64,000 nt of DNA from Candidatus Omnitrophota bacterium (GTDB taxonomy: Bacteria; Omnitrophota; Gorgyraeia; Zapsychrales; Fredricksoniimonadaceae): NCBI GenBank assembly GCA_903908245.1, contig CAIVRE010000002.1, positions 26,761 to 90,760 of the forward strand, given 5' to 3'. The notes under the pieces are model-generated. The model was not told where the DNA came from. It did no database searches and saw only the letters and a program-made list of their open reading frames with translations. Below are positions 17,672-28,004 of the stretch, piece after piece. Position 1 is the stretch's first letter. Every line of letters begins with the position of its first letter. The translations under genes were made by a program, and so were the position numbers.

Positions 17672-18247
17672 TTAAATTTTATACAAATGATTGCGTTTAA
17701 TATAACTTAAAACAGCATCCGGGACAAGGAACTGGATCGATTTCTCCAGCAAAATACGCTTGCGGATCTCGGTCGACGACATTTCGATCCCATTCATGGT
17801 GACCGCATGATACTTGAGCTTCTCCTCCCCGCGCGGATAACCGGGGCGGTTCACGGACACAAAAGAACACATTGTTTTCAGGATATTAACATCTTTCCAG
17901 GTATCCAGCTGTTTGATCGCATCCCCTCCGACAATAAAGAACATCTTGTCCTGGAGGCCGTAAAGGCCGCGGAAATGCCGGACCGTATCCACCGAATAAG
18001 ACTTGCCGCCTTTTTTGATCTCGAAATCCGACACTTCAAACTCGGCGATACCCTTGATCGCCATACGGACCATCTTCATGCGATCTGCCGCCGTGAACAA
18101 CGTTGGGGCTTTCTTGTGCGGCGGTACACACGAAGGGATAAAAACAACCTTGTCCAGGCCCATCTGCTCCATCGCGGCACGCGCCATTAGCAAATGCCCG
18201 AGGTGAACAGGATCAAACGTTCCGCCAAAAAGCCCGATCTTTTTCAT
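17672..18247 (-). CDS. nadD: nicotinate-nucleotide adenylyltransferase
   Basis: MKKIGLFGGTFDPVHLGHL. Confidence 0.9.
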   Translation of the reverse strand: MKKIGLFGGTFDPVHLGHLLMARAAMEQMGLDKVVFIPSCVPPHKKAPTLFTAADRMKMVRMAIKGIAEFEVSDFEIKKGGKSYSVDTVRHFRGLYGLQDKMFFIVGGDAIKQLDTWKDVNILKTMCSFVSVNRPGYPRGEEKLKYHAVTMNGIEMSSTEIRKRILLEKSIQFLVPDAVLSYIKRNHLYKI

Positions 18248-19500
18248 TGGCGGACCTGCCCGTTCCCGTAAACCTGATATTTATACGACGTTAAACCCTC
18301 CAGGCCCATAGGCCCGCGGACATGGATCTTATCCGTCGATATCCCCACCTCGGCCCCCAGGCCGAACTCATAACCATCTGTGAACCTGGTCGAGGCATTC
18401 ACATACACGCACGCGGAATCAACGCCCTTAAGGAACACATCCGCTTCTTTCTTGTCTTTAGTGACGATCGCGTCGGAATGACGGGACCCGCATTTATTAA
18501 TATGATCGACCGCTTGCGCCACCCCGTTAACGACCTTGACCGTAAGGATCAGATCAAGATATTCCTCATACCAATCCTTCGCCGAGGCTTTTTTCATATC
18601 ACCCACAATGCGGCATGCCGCCTCATCCCCGCGCAACTCAACGCCCGCAGCCCGCAGCCTTGCCGCCATTGGCAAAAGGAACCGCTTGGCCACTTTTTCA
18701 TCCACCAGCATCTTTTCCATGGCATTGCACACACCCGGACGCTGAACCTTGGCATTAAAACAAATTTCTTCGGCCATCTTAAGATCAGCTTTCGAACTCA
18801 CATAAACATGGCACACGCCCTTATAATGCTTGACCACAGGGATGCGCGAATTCTCGGCGACAAAACGAATAAGCCCCTCGCCGCCGCGCGGGACAATAAG
18901 ATCAATATGCTGATCGAGCTTAAGCAATTCCGTCACCGCCGCGCGGTCCACAGACCCGATGAACCCAAGCGCCTCAGCCGGAATTTTAGTCGCAACAAGA
19001 GCGCCCTTAAGCGCCTTGTAAATGGCCATATTTGAATGGATCGCTTCTTTACCGCCCTTAAGAATGACCGCGTTGCCCGATTTAAGGCATAACGCCGCAC
19101 AATCCGCCGTAACATTCGGACGGGATTCATAAATGATCCCGACCACCCCGATCGGCACACGCACTTTATCAATACGCAGGCCATTAGGCCTCCTGCGGCT
19201 GTCCATCACCTCGCCGACAGGGTCTCTGAGCTTCACAATATCAAGAATGCCATCCGCCATCGCCTTGACACGCTGCTCATTGAGCGTCAGCCGGTCGATC
19301 AAGGCCGCCGATAACCCGGCCTTAACACCCGCCGCGACATCCAAAGCGTTGGCTCTCATGATCGCTGCACAATTCTTTACCAAAGCAGCCGCCATGGCCT
19401 TAAGCGCCGCATCCTTTTCCTTGGTTGGGACCAACGCAAGCTTCAATGCCGACTGCTTGGCGATCTGCGCCTGTTTTAAAATGATCTTTTGAATATCCAT
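18244..19500 (-). CDS. proA: gamma-glutamyl phosphate reductase
   Basis: 418 aa of the aldehyde-dehydrogenase-like ProA family, directly downstream of proB. Confidence 0.9.
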   Translation of the reverse strand: MDIQKIILKQAQIAKQSALKLALVPTKEKDAALKAMAAALVKNCAAIMRANALDVAAGVKAGLSAALIDRLTLNEQRVKAMADGILDIVKLRDPVGEVMDSRRRPNGLRIDKVRVPIGVVGIIYESRPNVTADCAALCLKSGNAVILKGGKEAIHSNMAIYKALKGALVATKIPAEALGFIGSVDRAAVTELLKLDQHIDLIVPRGGEGLIRFVAENSRIPVVKHYKGVCHVYVSSKADLKMAEEICFNAKVQRPGVCNAMEKMLVDEKVAKRFLLPMAARLRAAGVELRGDEAACRIVGDMKKASAKDWYEEYLDLILTVKVVNGVAQAVDHINKCGSRHSDAIVTKDKKEADVFLKGVDSACVYVNASTRFTDGYEFGLGAEVGISTDKIHVRGPMGLEGLTSYKYQVYGNGQVRQ

Positions 19501-19508
19501 GCACTCAC

Positions 19509-20600
19509 CTATGCCGTAACAACAAGATTATCAATATGAATGAACGGTTTTTTCGCTTTCCTGTCGCTCACTTCATCCAAATGTTCTTTGGCGTAATCCG
19601 CGATCCCGCGCGCCAGCTCAACGCCCGCCTGGTCCTGCACAACAACAGCATCACCCGGAGTGAATTTCCCTCCCCAGGCAACAATGCCCGGCAAAAGAAG
19701 GCTGGCATCGCCTTTCAGGATCGCCTTGGCCGCGCCATCGTCTACCGTCACAAACCCCTTGGGCTTGGCGAAAAAACAGATCCAGTGTTTATGCGCGATC
19801 AAGCGCTCTTCCTTCTCGAAGAAATACGTTCCGAGCGACTCTTTATCCACCACGATCCGCCGGATCACGTCCATCGTCTGGCCATTGGCAATAATACAGG
19901 GCACGGCCGCACGGGAAGCGATCTCAACAGCATTTACCTTGGTGACCATGCCGCCTTTGGAGAAATTATGGTCACGCGCGCCACCCGCCACACTCCTGAT
20001 CTCGTCCGTGATCTCCCGGACCTCGCTGAACTTTTCCGTCAGCTTCCCGCCTTCCTTCTTATATAACCCGTCCACATCAGAAAGCATGATCAGAAGGTCG
20101 GCATGGACCATGGCCGCGACCATGGCCGAAAGCTTGTCGTTATCGCCGAACTTGATCTCCTCGGTTGATATCGAATCATTCTCATTGATAATGGGGACGA
20201 CCCCGCGCGTCAAAAGTTTCTGCAATGTATTGCATGCATTGGAATGCCTGAGCTTGCTGTCAAAATCATCCCAGGTCAGCAGGATCTGCGCGCAAACACG
20301 CCCGCGCTTCTTGAACAGATCGCCGTAAAGGCGCATCAACAACGCCTGCCCTACCGCGGCAGCCGCTTGCAGGGAAGGGGTATCCGACGGACGTACTCGC
20401 TCGCCCATTTCACCCAAGCCCAGCGCAATAGCCCCGGAACTGACAAAAACAACCTCAAAGCCCCTGTCCTGCAGGTCACAGATCTGCGCCACCAGCGACT
20501 TTAAGGATCTCTCGTGCGGCTTCATCATATGCGTCGCCAGAAGGCTGGAGCCAACCTTGATGACCACGCGCTTTATCTTCCTGGGGAATTTCCGTTCCAT
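19509..20600 (-). CDS. proB: glutamate 5-kinase
   Basis: Amino-acid kinase domain plus a C-terminal PUA domain. Confidence 0.9.
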   Translation of the reverse strand: MERKFPRKIKRVVIKVGSSLLATHMMKPHERSLKSLVAQICDLQDRGFEVVFVSSGAIALGLGEMGERVRPSDTPSLQAAAAVGQALLMRLYGDLFKKRGRVCAQILLTWDDFDSKLRHSNACNTLQKLLTRGVVPIINENDSISTEEIKFGDNDKLSAMVAAMVHADLLIMLSDVDGLYKKEGGKLTEKFSEVREITDEIRSVAGGARDHNFSKGGMVTKVNAVEIASRAAVPCIIANGQTMDVIRRIVVDKESLGTYFFEKEERLIAHKHWICFFAKPKGFVTVDDGAAKAILKGDASLLLPGIVAWGGKFTPGDAVVVQDQAGVELARGIADYAKEHLDEVSDRKAKKPFIHIDNLVVTA

Positions 20601-20606
20601 ATCGTC

Positions 20607-21590
20607 CTATTGGGTAAAACGCGCCGACTGCTTAAGGATCACAATGATCTCGTCAACCAGATCTTTCAATCCCTTCTTGTCGAGCGCGGATATAGGAAAT
20701 ACTTTAACACCTTTGAATTGCTTTTTAAAGCGCTTCAAATGCTTCTTTGCTTCGGGGAGGTCCATCTTGTTCGCCACCACAATGCGATGCTTGTGCGCCA
20801 GCTCATCACTATACTGCTCAAGCTCGGAAATGATCTGTTCGTAATCGACCAGCGGGTCCCGATCCTCACTGCCCGACATATCGACCACCTGCACCAGGAT
20901 CTTGGTGCGCTCGGCATGCTTAAGGAACTTGATCCCCAACCCCTTGCCCAAATGCGCGCCCTCGATCAATCCGGGAAGGTCCGCCGCCACAAAACTCGCG
21001 TCATCCGTTTCTACAATGCCCAGGATAGGCTGTTTGGTCGTGAACGGATAATTCGCCACCTTGGAACGGACTTTGGAGATCGCCGAGATGAGCGTAGATT
21101 TCCCCGCATTGGGAAAACCCACCAGCCCCACATCCGCAATCACTTTCAGCTCCAGGCGCAGCGTTTTCTCATCGCCCCGCTCGGGAGGAACAGCTGTCTT
21201 GCGGTGCATATTGCCGATGCCGCCGCGGCCGCCGGGGATAACAACCACCAGCTCTCCGGGCGTGCTAAAATCACGGATAAGCAGCCCCGTCGCATCGTCC
21301 CACAGGACCGTACCGATAGGCACACGCAGGACACAATCCGCGCCACAACGGCCGGTCGCGCCTTTACTGGAACCGCAATTGCCCTTTTTCCCCTGATAAT
21401 GCTGTTTGAAACGGAAGTCCAGGAGGGTCTGAATGTGGGGATCACCAACAAAAATAATACTGCCGCCATCGCCGCCGTTACCGCCATCGGCACGGGGATA
21501 ACGCATCCACAGGTCACGATAATGGCTTTCGCAACCTTTGCCACCATCACCGGCCCTGACTACTATTCGAGCGGAATCAACAAATGCCAT
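20607..21590 (-). CDS. obg: GTPase Obg/CgtA
   Basis: An Obg fold (MAFVDSARIVVRAGDGGKGC) followed by a G domain (GFPNAGKSTLIS). The start was set at the internal Met of the longer ORF. Confidence 0.85.
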   Translation of the reverse strand: MAFVDSARIVVRAGDGGKGCESHYRDLWMRYPRADGGNGGDGGSIIFVGDPHIQTLLDFRFKQHYQGKKGNCGSSKGATGRCGADCVLRVPIGTVLWDDATGLLIRDFSTPGELVVVIPGGRGGIGNMHRKTAVPPERGDEKTLRLELKVIADVGLVGFPNAGKSTLISAISKVRSKVANYPFTTKQPILGIVETDDASFVAADLPGLIEGAHLGKGLGIKFLKHAERTKILVQVVDMSGSEDRDPLVDYEQIISELEQYSDELAHKHRIVVANKMDLPEAKKHLKRFKKQFKGVKVFPISALDKKGLKDLVDEIIVILKQSARFTQ

Positions 21591-21686
21591 AAGAAACGCC
21601 TTGAATTGAAATCCTACGGCCCCGGCTCGCTGTAAGCTCGCTAGGCGGCCTTTTGGACATTTTCGAAAGGATCCTTTCGAAAATAA

Positions 21687-21725
21687 AAGCGGGCAGGATT
21701 TTCCCATCTCCTGCCCGCTCTATAA
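21687..21725 (-). terminator. Rho-independent terminator after rplU
   Basis: Minus strand reads AGCGGGCAGGAGATGGGAAAATCCTGCCCGCT followed by TTTTATTTTCG. A second perfect palindrome, TTTCGAAAGGATCCTTTCGAAA, lies just beyond it. Confidence 0.7.
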
Positions 21726-21735
21726 CAAAGAAATC

Positions 21736-22047
21736 TTACGCGGTGATCTTCGCAACCTTAAGAGCGGTCAATCCCTGACGATGCCCGATGGTCCTGCGAA
21801 CATCCTTGCGCTTGCGGAAGAAGAACGAAATATCCTTCTCGTCGCGTAAATGACGAACGACCTCAAAAGAGACCTTCGCACCCGCCACATAGGGCGTACC
21901 GATCTTGACATCATCGCCATTCGCGACCAAAAGGACCTTGTCCACATCCATTGTCTGGCCGGGCTCGATATCAATACTGGGAGCATCAATAATATCACCT
22001 TCCGCAACCTTGAACTGGAAGGAACCTACGTCGATGACTGCGTACAT
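21736..22047 (-). CDS. rplU: 50S ribosomal protein L21
   Basis: A 103-aa L21 starting MYAVIDVGSFQFKV. Confidence 0.9.
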   Translation of the reverse strand: MYAVIDVGSFQFKVAEGDIIDAPSIDIEPGQTMDVDKVLLVANGDDVKIGTPYVAGAKVSFEVVRHLRDEKDISFFFRKRKDVRRTIGHRQGLTALKVAKITA

Positions 22048-22099
22048 ATGAACAACCTCCTGAAAAATTAAACAACCACTTTATGAAATTAAGTGCCTT

Positions 22100-22127
22100 A
22101 TTATATGTATTTTATTCCTTTAGTCAA
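22100..22127 (-). promoter_or_regulatory. sigma70-like promoter for rplU
   Basis: Minus strand reads TTGACT, a 16-nt spacer, then TATAAT. The -35 hexamer overlaps the last codons of rng. Confidence 0.5.
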
Positions 22128-23502
22128 TTTTTACTTTACCACGGCCCTGGCAATACGGACAAGGCGCGAACTTAATGGACTCCAGCGTCTTCCCCGCACG
22201 CTCACGAGTCATTTCAACAAGCCCGAGGCTCGAGATCTTGTTGACCTCGGTCTTCGACATGTCTTTTGCGAGCTCGGCCTTAAGGACATCGAGCACCTTG
22301 CGTTTGTGCTCCTCGCGCATCATATCAATAAAATCAATAACAATAATACCGCCCAGGTCGCGCAAACGCAATTGGCGGGCTATTTCAGGCGCGGCCTCCA
22401 TATTCACATTGAACGCCGCCTCCTCGGGAGAAGCCTGCGTCTTGTAACGGCCGCTGTTGACATCCACCACCGTCACGCCTTCCGTAGGCTCGATGACCAC
22501 GTAAGCGCCCGTTTTTAAGTAAACCTTCGTATCGTAGATCTCCTCAAGCGCCTGGGATATCTTATGTGCCTCAAAAATATTGGTTTCCCCGCGATGCAAA
22601 TGGATCTTCTTGAGCGCCTTCTGGCCCACCAGCGTCTCCACATACTTGAGCAGCTTCTCGTGTTCTTCCTTCGAATCGATATGAATGGACGCCACATCTT
22701 CACGCAAATGATCACGCACGACTTTCCAGATAATATCCCCCTCCTTGTACACCATGAACGGGGATTTCTTCTCGCGGGCAAGCTTTAACACCTGCTGCCA
22801 TTTGTCGTAAACGAACTTGGCATCATTAAGAAGCTCGGCTTTATCCTGATTCATCGATACCGTGCGGATAATGAACCCGCCTTCCTTGATATCGCACTCC
22901 TTGATGATCTCACGCAGGCGATGACGCTCCTCGGGAGACTCGATCTTCTGGGAAACCCCCACATGATTATCATAGGGCATGTAAACCACAAAACGGCCTG
23001 GAATAGAAACATGCGTGGTAAGCCGCGGGCCCTTGGTCCCGAAAGGGTCCTTCTCAACCTGCACCAGGACCTCCTGTCCAACCTTGAGCGGCGTCCCTGC
23101 TTTTCCGCCGCCACGGTGGCCGCCGCGGCCATGAGGCTTTTCCCCAGGTGCATCCTTCTTGACCAGCTCCGCCGACTTGGCTGCCTCCGCCGACTTCGGC
23201 TTACGGTTGAGCAGGCGGTCGATCAAACTGGGCTGAGCATCATCCTTCTTCTTGTTGACGAAATCCTCTAAGCTGGAATGGTCGGCATCGGTGAGATAAA
23301 GGAAACCGTTCTTCTCCTGGCCGACATTAACAAAAGCTCCATTAATGGACGGCAGAATGGACTCGACCTTGCCCTTGTAAATATTCCCCAGGAAAGATTC
23401 ATAGCGGTCAAGCTCGATATAAAAATCATCAAGTTTCTTGTTATCAATGACCGCCACCCGCCGCTCCCCGTCGGCAACGTGGATCAAAATATCTTTTGGC
23501 AC
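22120..23502 (-). CDS. rng: ribonuclease E/G family protein (RNase G-like)
   Basis: An S1 domain is followed by an RNase E/G catalytic core. The start codon is GTG, with AAGGAG 5 nt upstream. Confidence 0.8.
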   Translation of the reverse strand: MPKDILIHVADGERRVAVIDNKKLDDFYIELDRYESFLGNIYKGKVESILPSINGAFVNVGQEKNGFLYLTDADHSSLEDFVNKKKDDAQPSLIDRLLNRKPKSAEAAKSAELVKKDAPGEKPHGRGGHRGGGKAGTPLKVGQEVLVQVEKDPFGTKGPRLTTHVSIPGRFVVYMPYDNHVGVSQKIESPEERHRLREIIKECDIKEGGFIIRTVSMNQDKAELLNDAKFVYDKWQQVLKLAREKKSPFMVYKEGDIIWKVVRDHLREDVASIHIDSKEEHEKLLKYVETLVGQKALKKIHLHRGETNIFEAHKISQALEEIYDTKVYLKTGAYVVIEPTEGVTVVDVNSGRYKTQASPEEAAFNVNMEAAPEIARQLRLRDLGGIIVIDFIDMMREEHKRKVLDVLKAELAKDMSKTEVNKISSLGLVEMTRERAGKTLESIKFAPCPYCQGRGKVKID

Positions 23503-23505
23503 AAA

Positions 23506-23589
23506 AACTCCTTAAAAAATTTTCTACTAAAAAATTTTAACTCCCGAATGCCACGACAGCCCTACAGGCTGACGGGCAGATGGGAGTTA
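23506..23589 (-). repeat. conserved upstream element, copy E2
   Basis: The core CGTCAGCCTGTAGGGCTGTCGTGGCATTCGGGAGTTAAAATTTTTTAGTAGAAAAT lies between the pilQ stop and the rng ribosome-binding site. A hairpin is followed by a T-run. Confidence 0.7.
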
Positions 23590-23623
23590 CCTCAAACCTA
23601 AAATCTTTCCTGCCCAACAAAAA

Positions 23624-25192
23624 CTATTTCCCGGCTTTGTCCGTCTTGGGCAACTCCGCCGGCTTGGCCGCCTGCAATGACTTGGCCTCCTCTACTGCCG
23701 CAGAAAGCTCGGGCGACATGGCCGGTACTGGCACCTTGGCCGACTTGGCTGAAACAGACTCCATTGTCGGTGTAATAATATGCGGGGTCAGGAATATCAA
23801 CATCTCCGACTTGTTAACGGTTTCCGCTTTATGACGGAAAGGGATCCCCAATATGGGGATCCATCCCAGGAACGGAACATCATTATGGCTTATCGTTTTG
23901 TCCTCGCTGATCAACCCGGCGATCACGAGCGTCTCGCCATCCCTGATCATAACCATGGTCTTGACCGCCTCATTGGTCAACACCGGCATGGTCGTTCCCA
24001 GGACCGTGACTGTCTTGTCCGAAATGCTTGAGACCTGCGGCTCAAGCTCCAGCGTGATCAAGGACGCGTTATTGATATGCGGGGTCACGTTAAAAATGAC
24101 GCCCAGATCAATATAACTCCAGCCTGAAACCACCATTGTATTGGTTTGCGAACTGAACGAATACTGGGGCATGGGATATTGATCGCCCACCTGGATCCTG
24201 GCCGGCTGATTGTCCATCGTCACCAGCTGCGGGTTGGATATGCTCTTGGTATTACCACGCGATTGAAGCGCATCAATGACCAGGCTCAGGTCGGTAATGC
24301 TCAACGTGCCATAGGTGATCACCGGTGCGGTTGCAGCCGGGCCCATTGCAGGCAAATACATGTCCTTGTTAGGGCTCCAAGGAAAAGAATGCGGCCGCGT
24401 GCCAAAAGTCGCTTTCCCCGACACCTGGGTCAGCTTGGACCAGTCGATCCCCATGGTTTCCGACTTGGTCAACCCCGTCTTGATGATCCGTGCTTCGATC
24501 AGGACCTGGGGAGTAACGGTATCGAGTGTCTTAACAACCTCCGTGATCAACTCAAGGTTGCTTTCCACATCGCTGACAATGACCGCATTGGTACGCTTGT
24601 CAAAATTAATGCTCCCCCGGGCTGTTTTCATTTTATCAAGAGAAGCCACCACATCTGCGGCCTTGCTGAAATTCAGCACGAAAGTTTTTGTCGCAATAGG
24701 CTCCTGGTCGGCCAAAGCCTTGGCATCCTCACGGCGTTTCTTGAGGTTCTCCACCGTAGTCACCATGATGATCGTACCCTTCTGCTCGTAACTGTACCCA
24801 TAGGTCGAAAGGATCACATCGAGCGCCTTCTGCCACGGCACATCCTTGAGCTGAATATTCACCATCCCGACCACTTCGGGACCGGCAATAATGTTAATGC
24901 CGCTTTTATACGACAAGACCTTCAGGACATTCTTGATATCCGCCTCACGGAAATCCAGCGATACGTTCCCGGTCTTGGACATCTTGAACTCCATGACCGC
25001 CTCCGATACAGCCACCGGAGCTGTCGCCGCAACCGGGACGGCCGCAACAACAGGGTCAACCGAGCTCACAGATGTCACCGTTTGCGCCGCTTGCCCGGCC
25101 GGGACGGCTTGCGTATCAGCCTTATCCTGGGCATGACCCGCGGGAATACTTAACACCATAATCAAAAACGCGAGGCAAAGGATCCTCACCAT
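23624..25192 (-). CDS. pilQ: type IV pilus secretin PilQ
   Basis: Signal peptide, N-terminal AMIN/N0-like regions and a C-terminal secretin domain. Confidence 0.85.
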   Translation of the reverse strand: MVRILCLAFLIMVLSIPAGHAQDKADTQAVPAGQAAQTVTSVSSVDPVVAAVPVAATAPVAVSEAVMEFKMSKTGNVSLDFREADIKNVLKVLSYKSGINIIAGPEVVGMVNIQLKDVPWQKALDVILSTYGYSYEQKGTIIMVTTVENLKKRREDAKALADQEPIATKTFVLNFSKAADVVASLDKMKTARGSINFDKRTNAVIVSDVESNLELITEVVKTLDTVTPQVLIEARIIKTGLTKSETMGIDWSKLTQVSGKATFGTRPHSFPWSPNKDMYLPAMGPAATAPVITYGTLSITDLSLVIDALQSRGNTKSISNPQLVTMDNQPARIQVGDQYPMPQYSFSSQTNTMVVSGWSYIDLGVIFNVTPHINNASLITLELEPQVSSISDKTVTVLGTTMPVLTNEAVKTMVMIRDGETLVIAGLISEDKTISHNDVPFLGWIPILGIPFRHKAETVNKSEMLIFLTPHIITPTMESVSAKSAKVPVPAMSPELSAAVEEAKSLQAAKPAELPKTDKAGK

Positions 25193-25570
25193 TTACTCCT
25201 CCTTCTTTATACGAAGTTCCGAAACCTGTCCGTCTTTGACCAAAGTCACCTTGTCCGGCTCGATCTTTGCGACCGTGTACATTCCGAACAGCTTCCCCTG
25301 CTCAACCACCGTACCATTAATGATCGCAATGCCGCCCTCACCATCACTCACGATCCCTTCCAGCACCATTTCCGCAACCGCGAAACTGGTCTCGTAGGTC
25401 ACGATCGCACCGCCCGCCGTTACCAGCGGCCAGAACGGATCCCGCTGGGAGTGTTCATCATACACAAACTCCGCCTCTGAAGCCGGCGCCACCGGCTCAG
25501 TGGGATTAGCCGATGCCCGCGCCATCAGAAAAAACAGCACAACAATAAAGGCCAGGACAGAACGGATCAA
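25193..25570 (-). CDS. pilP: type IV pilus assembly protein PilP
   Basis: A 125-aa signal-peptide protein with an RDPF motif, positioned between pilO and pilQ. Confidence 0.7.
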   Translation of the reverse strand: MIRSVLAFIVVLFFLMARASANPTEPVAPASEAEFVYDEHSQRDPFWPLVTAGGAIVTYETSFAVAEMVLEGIVSDGEGGIAIINGTVVEQGKLFGMYTVAKIEPDKVTLVKDGQVSELRIKKEE

Positions 25571-25571
25571 A

Positions 25572-26153
25572 CTATTTCTCCAAAATGAGGATCTTCATGT
25601 TCATTTTAACTTCCTGACGCTGAATATCCTTTGTGTCCGTCGCGATCTCGAACTCATCCAATTGCCAGAACAAACGGTCGCGTTCCAAACGATTCAAGAA
25701 CCGGCCGAACTGATGGAACCCGGAACTGATCCGGACAGAAATATTCATCGAGTAATACTTTCCATCTTCACTCACAACCAAAGGCGCAACACTGATAGGC
25801 TGCGGCGTTAATTGGTCGATCTTGACCCCATACTCATTGGCAATACTGGAAATGCTCCTTAACACCACCGGGACCTCGTCTTTACGATGGACCATCGCTT
25901 CAAAATTCTTGCGGGCCATCCGGGCAAGCTCGAGCTGGGTCTTGAACTGTACCAGCCGCTGTTTATTGGTCGAGAGGTCCGTAATATCTTTATCCAGCTG
26001 AACGATCTTGGCGTCCAGCGACCTCACCAGGCCCAGCTGAACACGCATCACCAGCACAAAATCCACCAAAGCGAACAGGGCGATCATCCCGGCAAGGATC
26101 ATATAAAGATACTTGACCTCAAGCTCCTTGAGCTTCTCCAGCGCAGGGTTCAT
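25572..26153 (-). CDS. pilO: type IV pilus assembly protein PilO
   Basis: N-terminal transmembrane helix then coiled coil, in the pilMNOPQ order. Confidence 0.75.
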   Translation of the reverse strand: MNPALEKLKELEVKYLYMILAGMIALFALVDFVLVMRVQLGLVRSLDAKIVQLDKDITDLSTNKQRLVQFKTQLELARMARKNFEAMVHRKDEVPVVLRSISSIANEYGVKIDQLTPQPISVAPLVVSEDGKYYSMNISVRISSGFHQFGRFLNRLERDRLFWQLDEFEIATDTKDIQRQEVKMNMKILILEK

Positions 26154-26746
26154 GGGGCCTTCCTTTTCGCTTTCAGGGCAAAGTCCGCGATCGAAAGCGC
26201 AGTCCCCTCCCGACGCTCAATGGAATCAACATCAATGCCGGTAAAAGCCCCTTTCAATCCTGGCTGTTCTTTGAGCATAGCCACAAAATTATTCACAATG
26301 ATCATCTCATTCTTGACTTTAGAGACCGCACTGCCGCGAATAGTGAACTGGCCTCGGTCAAAATGGATCTCACGGAGCCATACGCCCTTCGGAACGCTGT
26401 CAGACACTTCGTTCATCAATCTGGCCCAGACAACACCTTGCGCGGAGGTTATGGCCCTCAAGGCATTCATTTTTGTCTGCAATGTTTTTGTTTCATTCGT
26501 AACATCATCCAGGACCTTCTTCTGCGCGCCCATCGAGGCCCAACGGACCTGAAGCATCGTATGCTGGGCGGCCTTGACCAACGCCAGCCCCGCCAACGCA
26601 AGATGAAGAAGGACCAGCACGCCGGCCCCGGCCACCAGGATCCCAAGGATCGCCTCACGCGTCAACGGGCCGAACCCGTCCTGCCAGATATTCCCGCGGT
26701 CTTTCCGCGCTTCCTGAGGGATGAAATTAACCTTGATCATATTCAT
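26150..26746 (-). CDS. pilN: type IV pilus assembly protein PilN
   Basis: Starts MNMIKVNFIPQE, with a single transmembrane helix. It overlaps both neighbours. Confidence 0.75.
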   Translation of the reverse strand: MNMIKVNFIPQEARKDRGNIWQDGFGPLTREAILGILVAGAGVLVLLHLALAGLALVKAAQHTMLQVRWASMGAQKKVLDDVTNETKTLQTKMNALRAITSAQGVVWARLMNEVSDSVPKGVWLREIHFDRGQFTIRGSAVSKVKNEMIIVNNFVAMLKEQPGLKGAFTGIDVDSIERREGTALSIADFALKAKRKAP

Positions 26747-27815
26747 TGAGCGCCAACCCCAGGGCCGTGATAAGCCTGGAACTGTTCGCCTTTAACCCTT
26801 CCCTGGATACATTGGGTGCCACGATCATCCTTTCAAACGGGTCCCAAATACTGACAGGAACATCGACCCCGTCCTTGAACGCCTTCTCGACACCGGGGAT
26901 CTGCGCTCCGTCCCCGGCCAAAAAAACACGCGTTATTGCCAGGTTCTTTTCCGTCACAAAATATTCGAACGACAAGCGTATTTCCGCGATGAGATTCATC
27001 ATCACCGCATCCACGGATTTCTGGGCCGCTTCACTTAACGCCATACCGGGACGTAAAAGAACATGCGCTTCAGCGGGTGGAACACCAAGAAGATTGGACA
27101 CACGTTTGTAAAGTTCCTGCGTGCCGATAAAAATATCCCGGTTGAACCGTGGCAATCCTGCGAAAACGATCATCAAATTCGTACCGGTCTCGCCGATATC
27201 GATCACCGCACAAGCCTTGAACTCCCTGGCCCCCGACCCCGAAGCAAACCCTTCCGGCGGAAATACGGCAAAAGCATTGGCCAGCGCCACCGAAGCAAGC
27301 GTAACCGTTAACGGCTCCATCCCGGCCTCTTTAAGCAATTTCATGCGCCCGTCAACCAGGTCTTTTTTCACCGCTGACACAAGGACAGACATTTTGCGGT
27401 TATTATCCATCGTGTCAAGGATATGACAATCCGTATAAACAGTATCCTTGGGGAACGGGAAATATTTGTCGGATTCGATCGCAAATGCCCGGCGAAGGTC
27501 TGCGGTCGACATCCTGGGCATATCCACATACCGCACCAAGGTCCCCTTGCCGCTCACCGAAGCGACCACCGCGCGTGGCCCGGCCTGTCCAAAAGAAGAC
27601 GCCAGTTTCCCCAACACGGCCAGGGCCGAACGGTCATCATTATCGGACAACAGCTCAAGGCTCCAGCGCGACAATTCGAAAGCCCCGTTCTTCAAGAAAA
27701 GTTCAACAACTTTACACGAAGAAGGGCAAATATCAAGTCCGACAGAACTGCTCTTGGGATTCAACGGGAACAAACGCTTGATGAATTTGAAGTATGTATC
27801 AATAAAAGAGGCCAT
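26727..27815 (-). CDS. pilM: type IV pilus assembly protein PilM (actin-like ATPase)
   Basis: 362 aa with an actin/HSP70-like fold, first gene of pilMNOPQ. Confidence 0.8.
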   Translation of the reverse strand: MASFIDTYFKFIKRLFPLNPKSSSVGLDICPSSCKVVELFLKNGAFELSRWSLELLSDNDDRSALAVLGKLASSFGQAGPRAVVASVSGKGTLVRYVDMPRMSTADLRRAFAIESDKYFPFPKDTVYTDCHILDTMDNNRKMSVLVSAVKKDLVDGRMKLLKEAGMEPLTVTLASVALANAFAVFPPEGFASGSGAREFKACAVIDIGETGTNLMIVFAGLPRFNRDIFIGTQELYKRVSNLLGVPPAEAHVLLRPGMALSEAAQKSVDAVMMNLIAEIRLSFEYFVTEKNLAITRVFLAGDGAQIPGVEKAFKDGVDVPVSIWDPFERMIVAPNVSREGLKANSSRLITALGLALNEYDQG

Positions 27816-27939
27816 AATGTAAGTTTAATATAACAAAAGACATAGCATGTTTAAATATAAATATTTGATTTGTATGTTCTGCCATTATTCAGGAAAACCC
27901 CGGGCCCCTGAAACCCACCGGGACTTTTTGTCAATAGCC

Positions 27940-27976
27940 CTTCACAAAAAGAAGAAGGGGCCATGAAGGCCCCTTC
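27940..27976 (-). terminator. Rho-independent terminator after pilA
   Basis: Minus strand reads GAAGAAGGGGCC-ttcat-GGCCCCTTCTTC followed by TTTTTG. Confidence 0.8.
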
Positions 27977-28004
27977 TTCAAGAAACACACTTCGACCACA
28001 TTCA

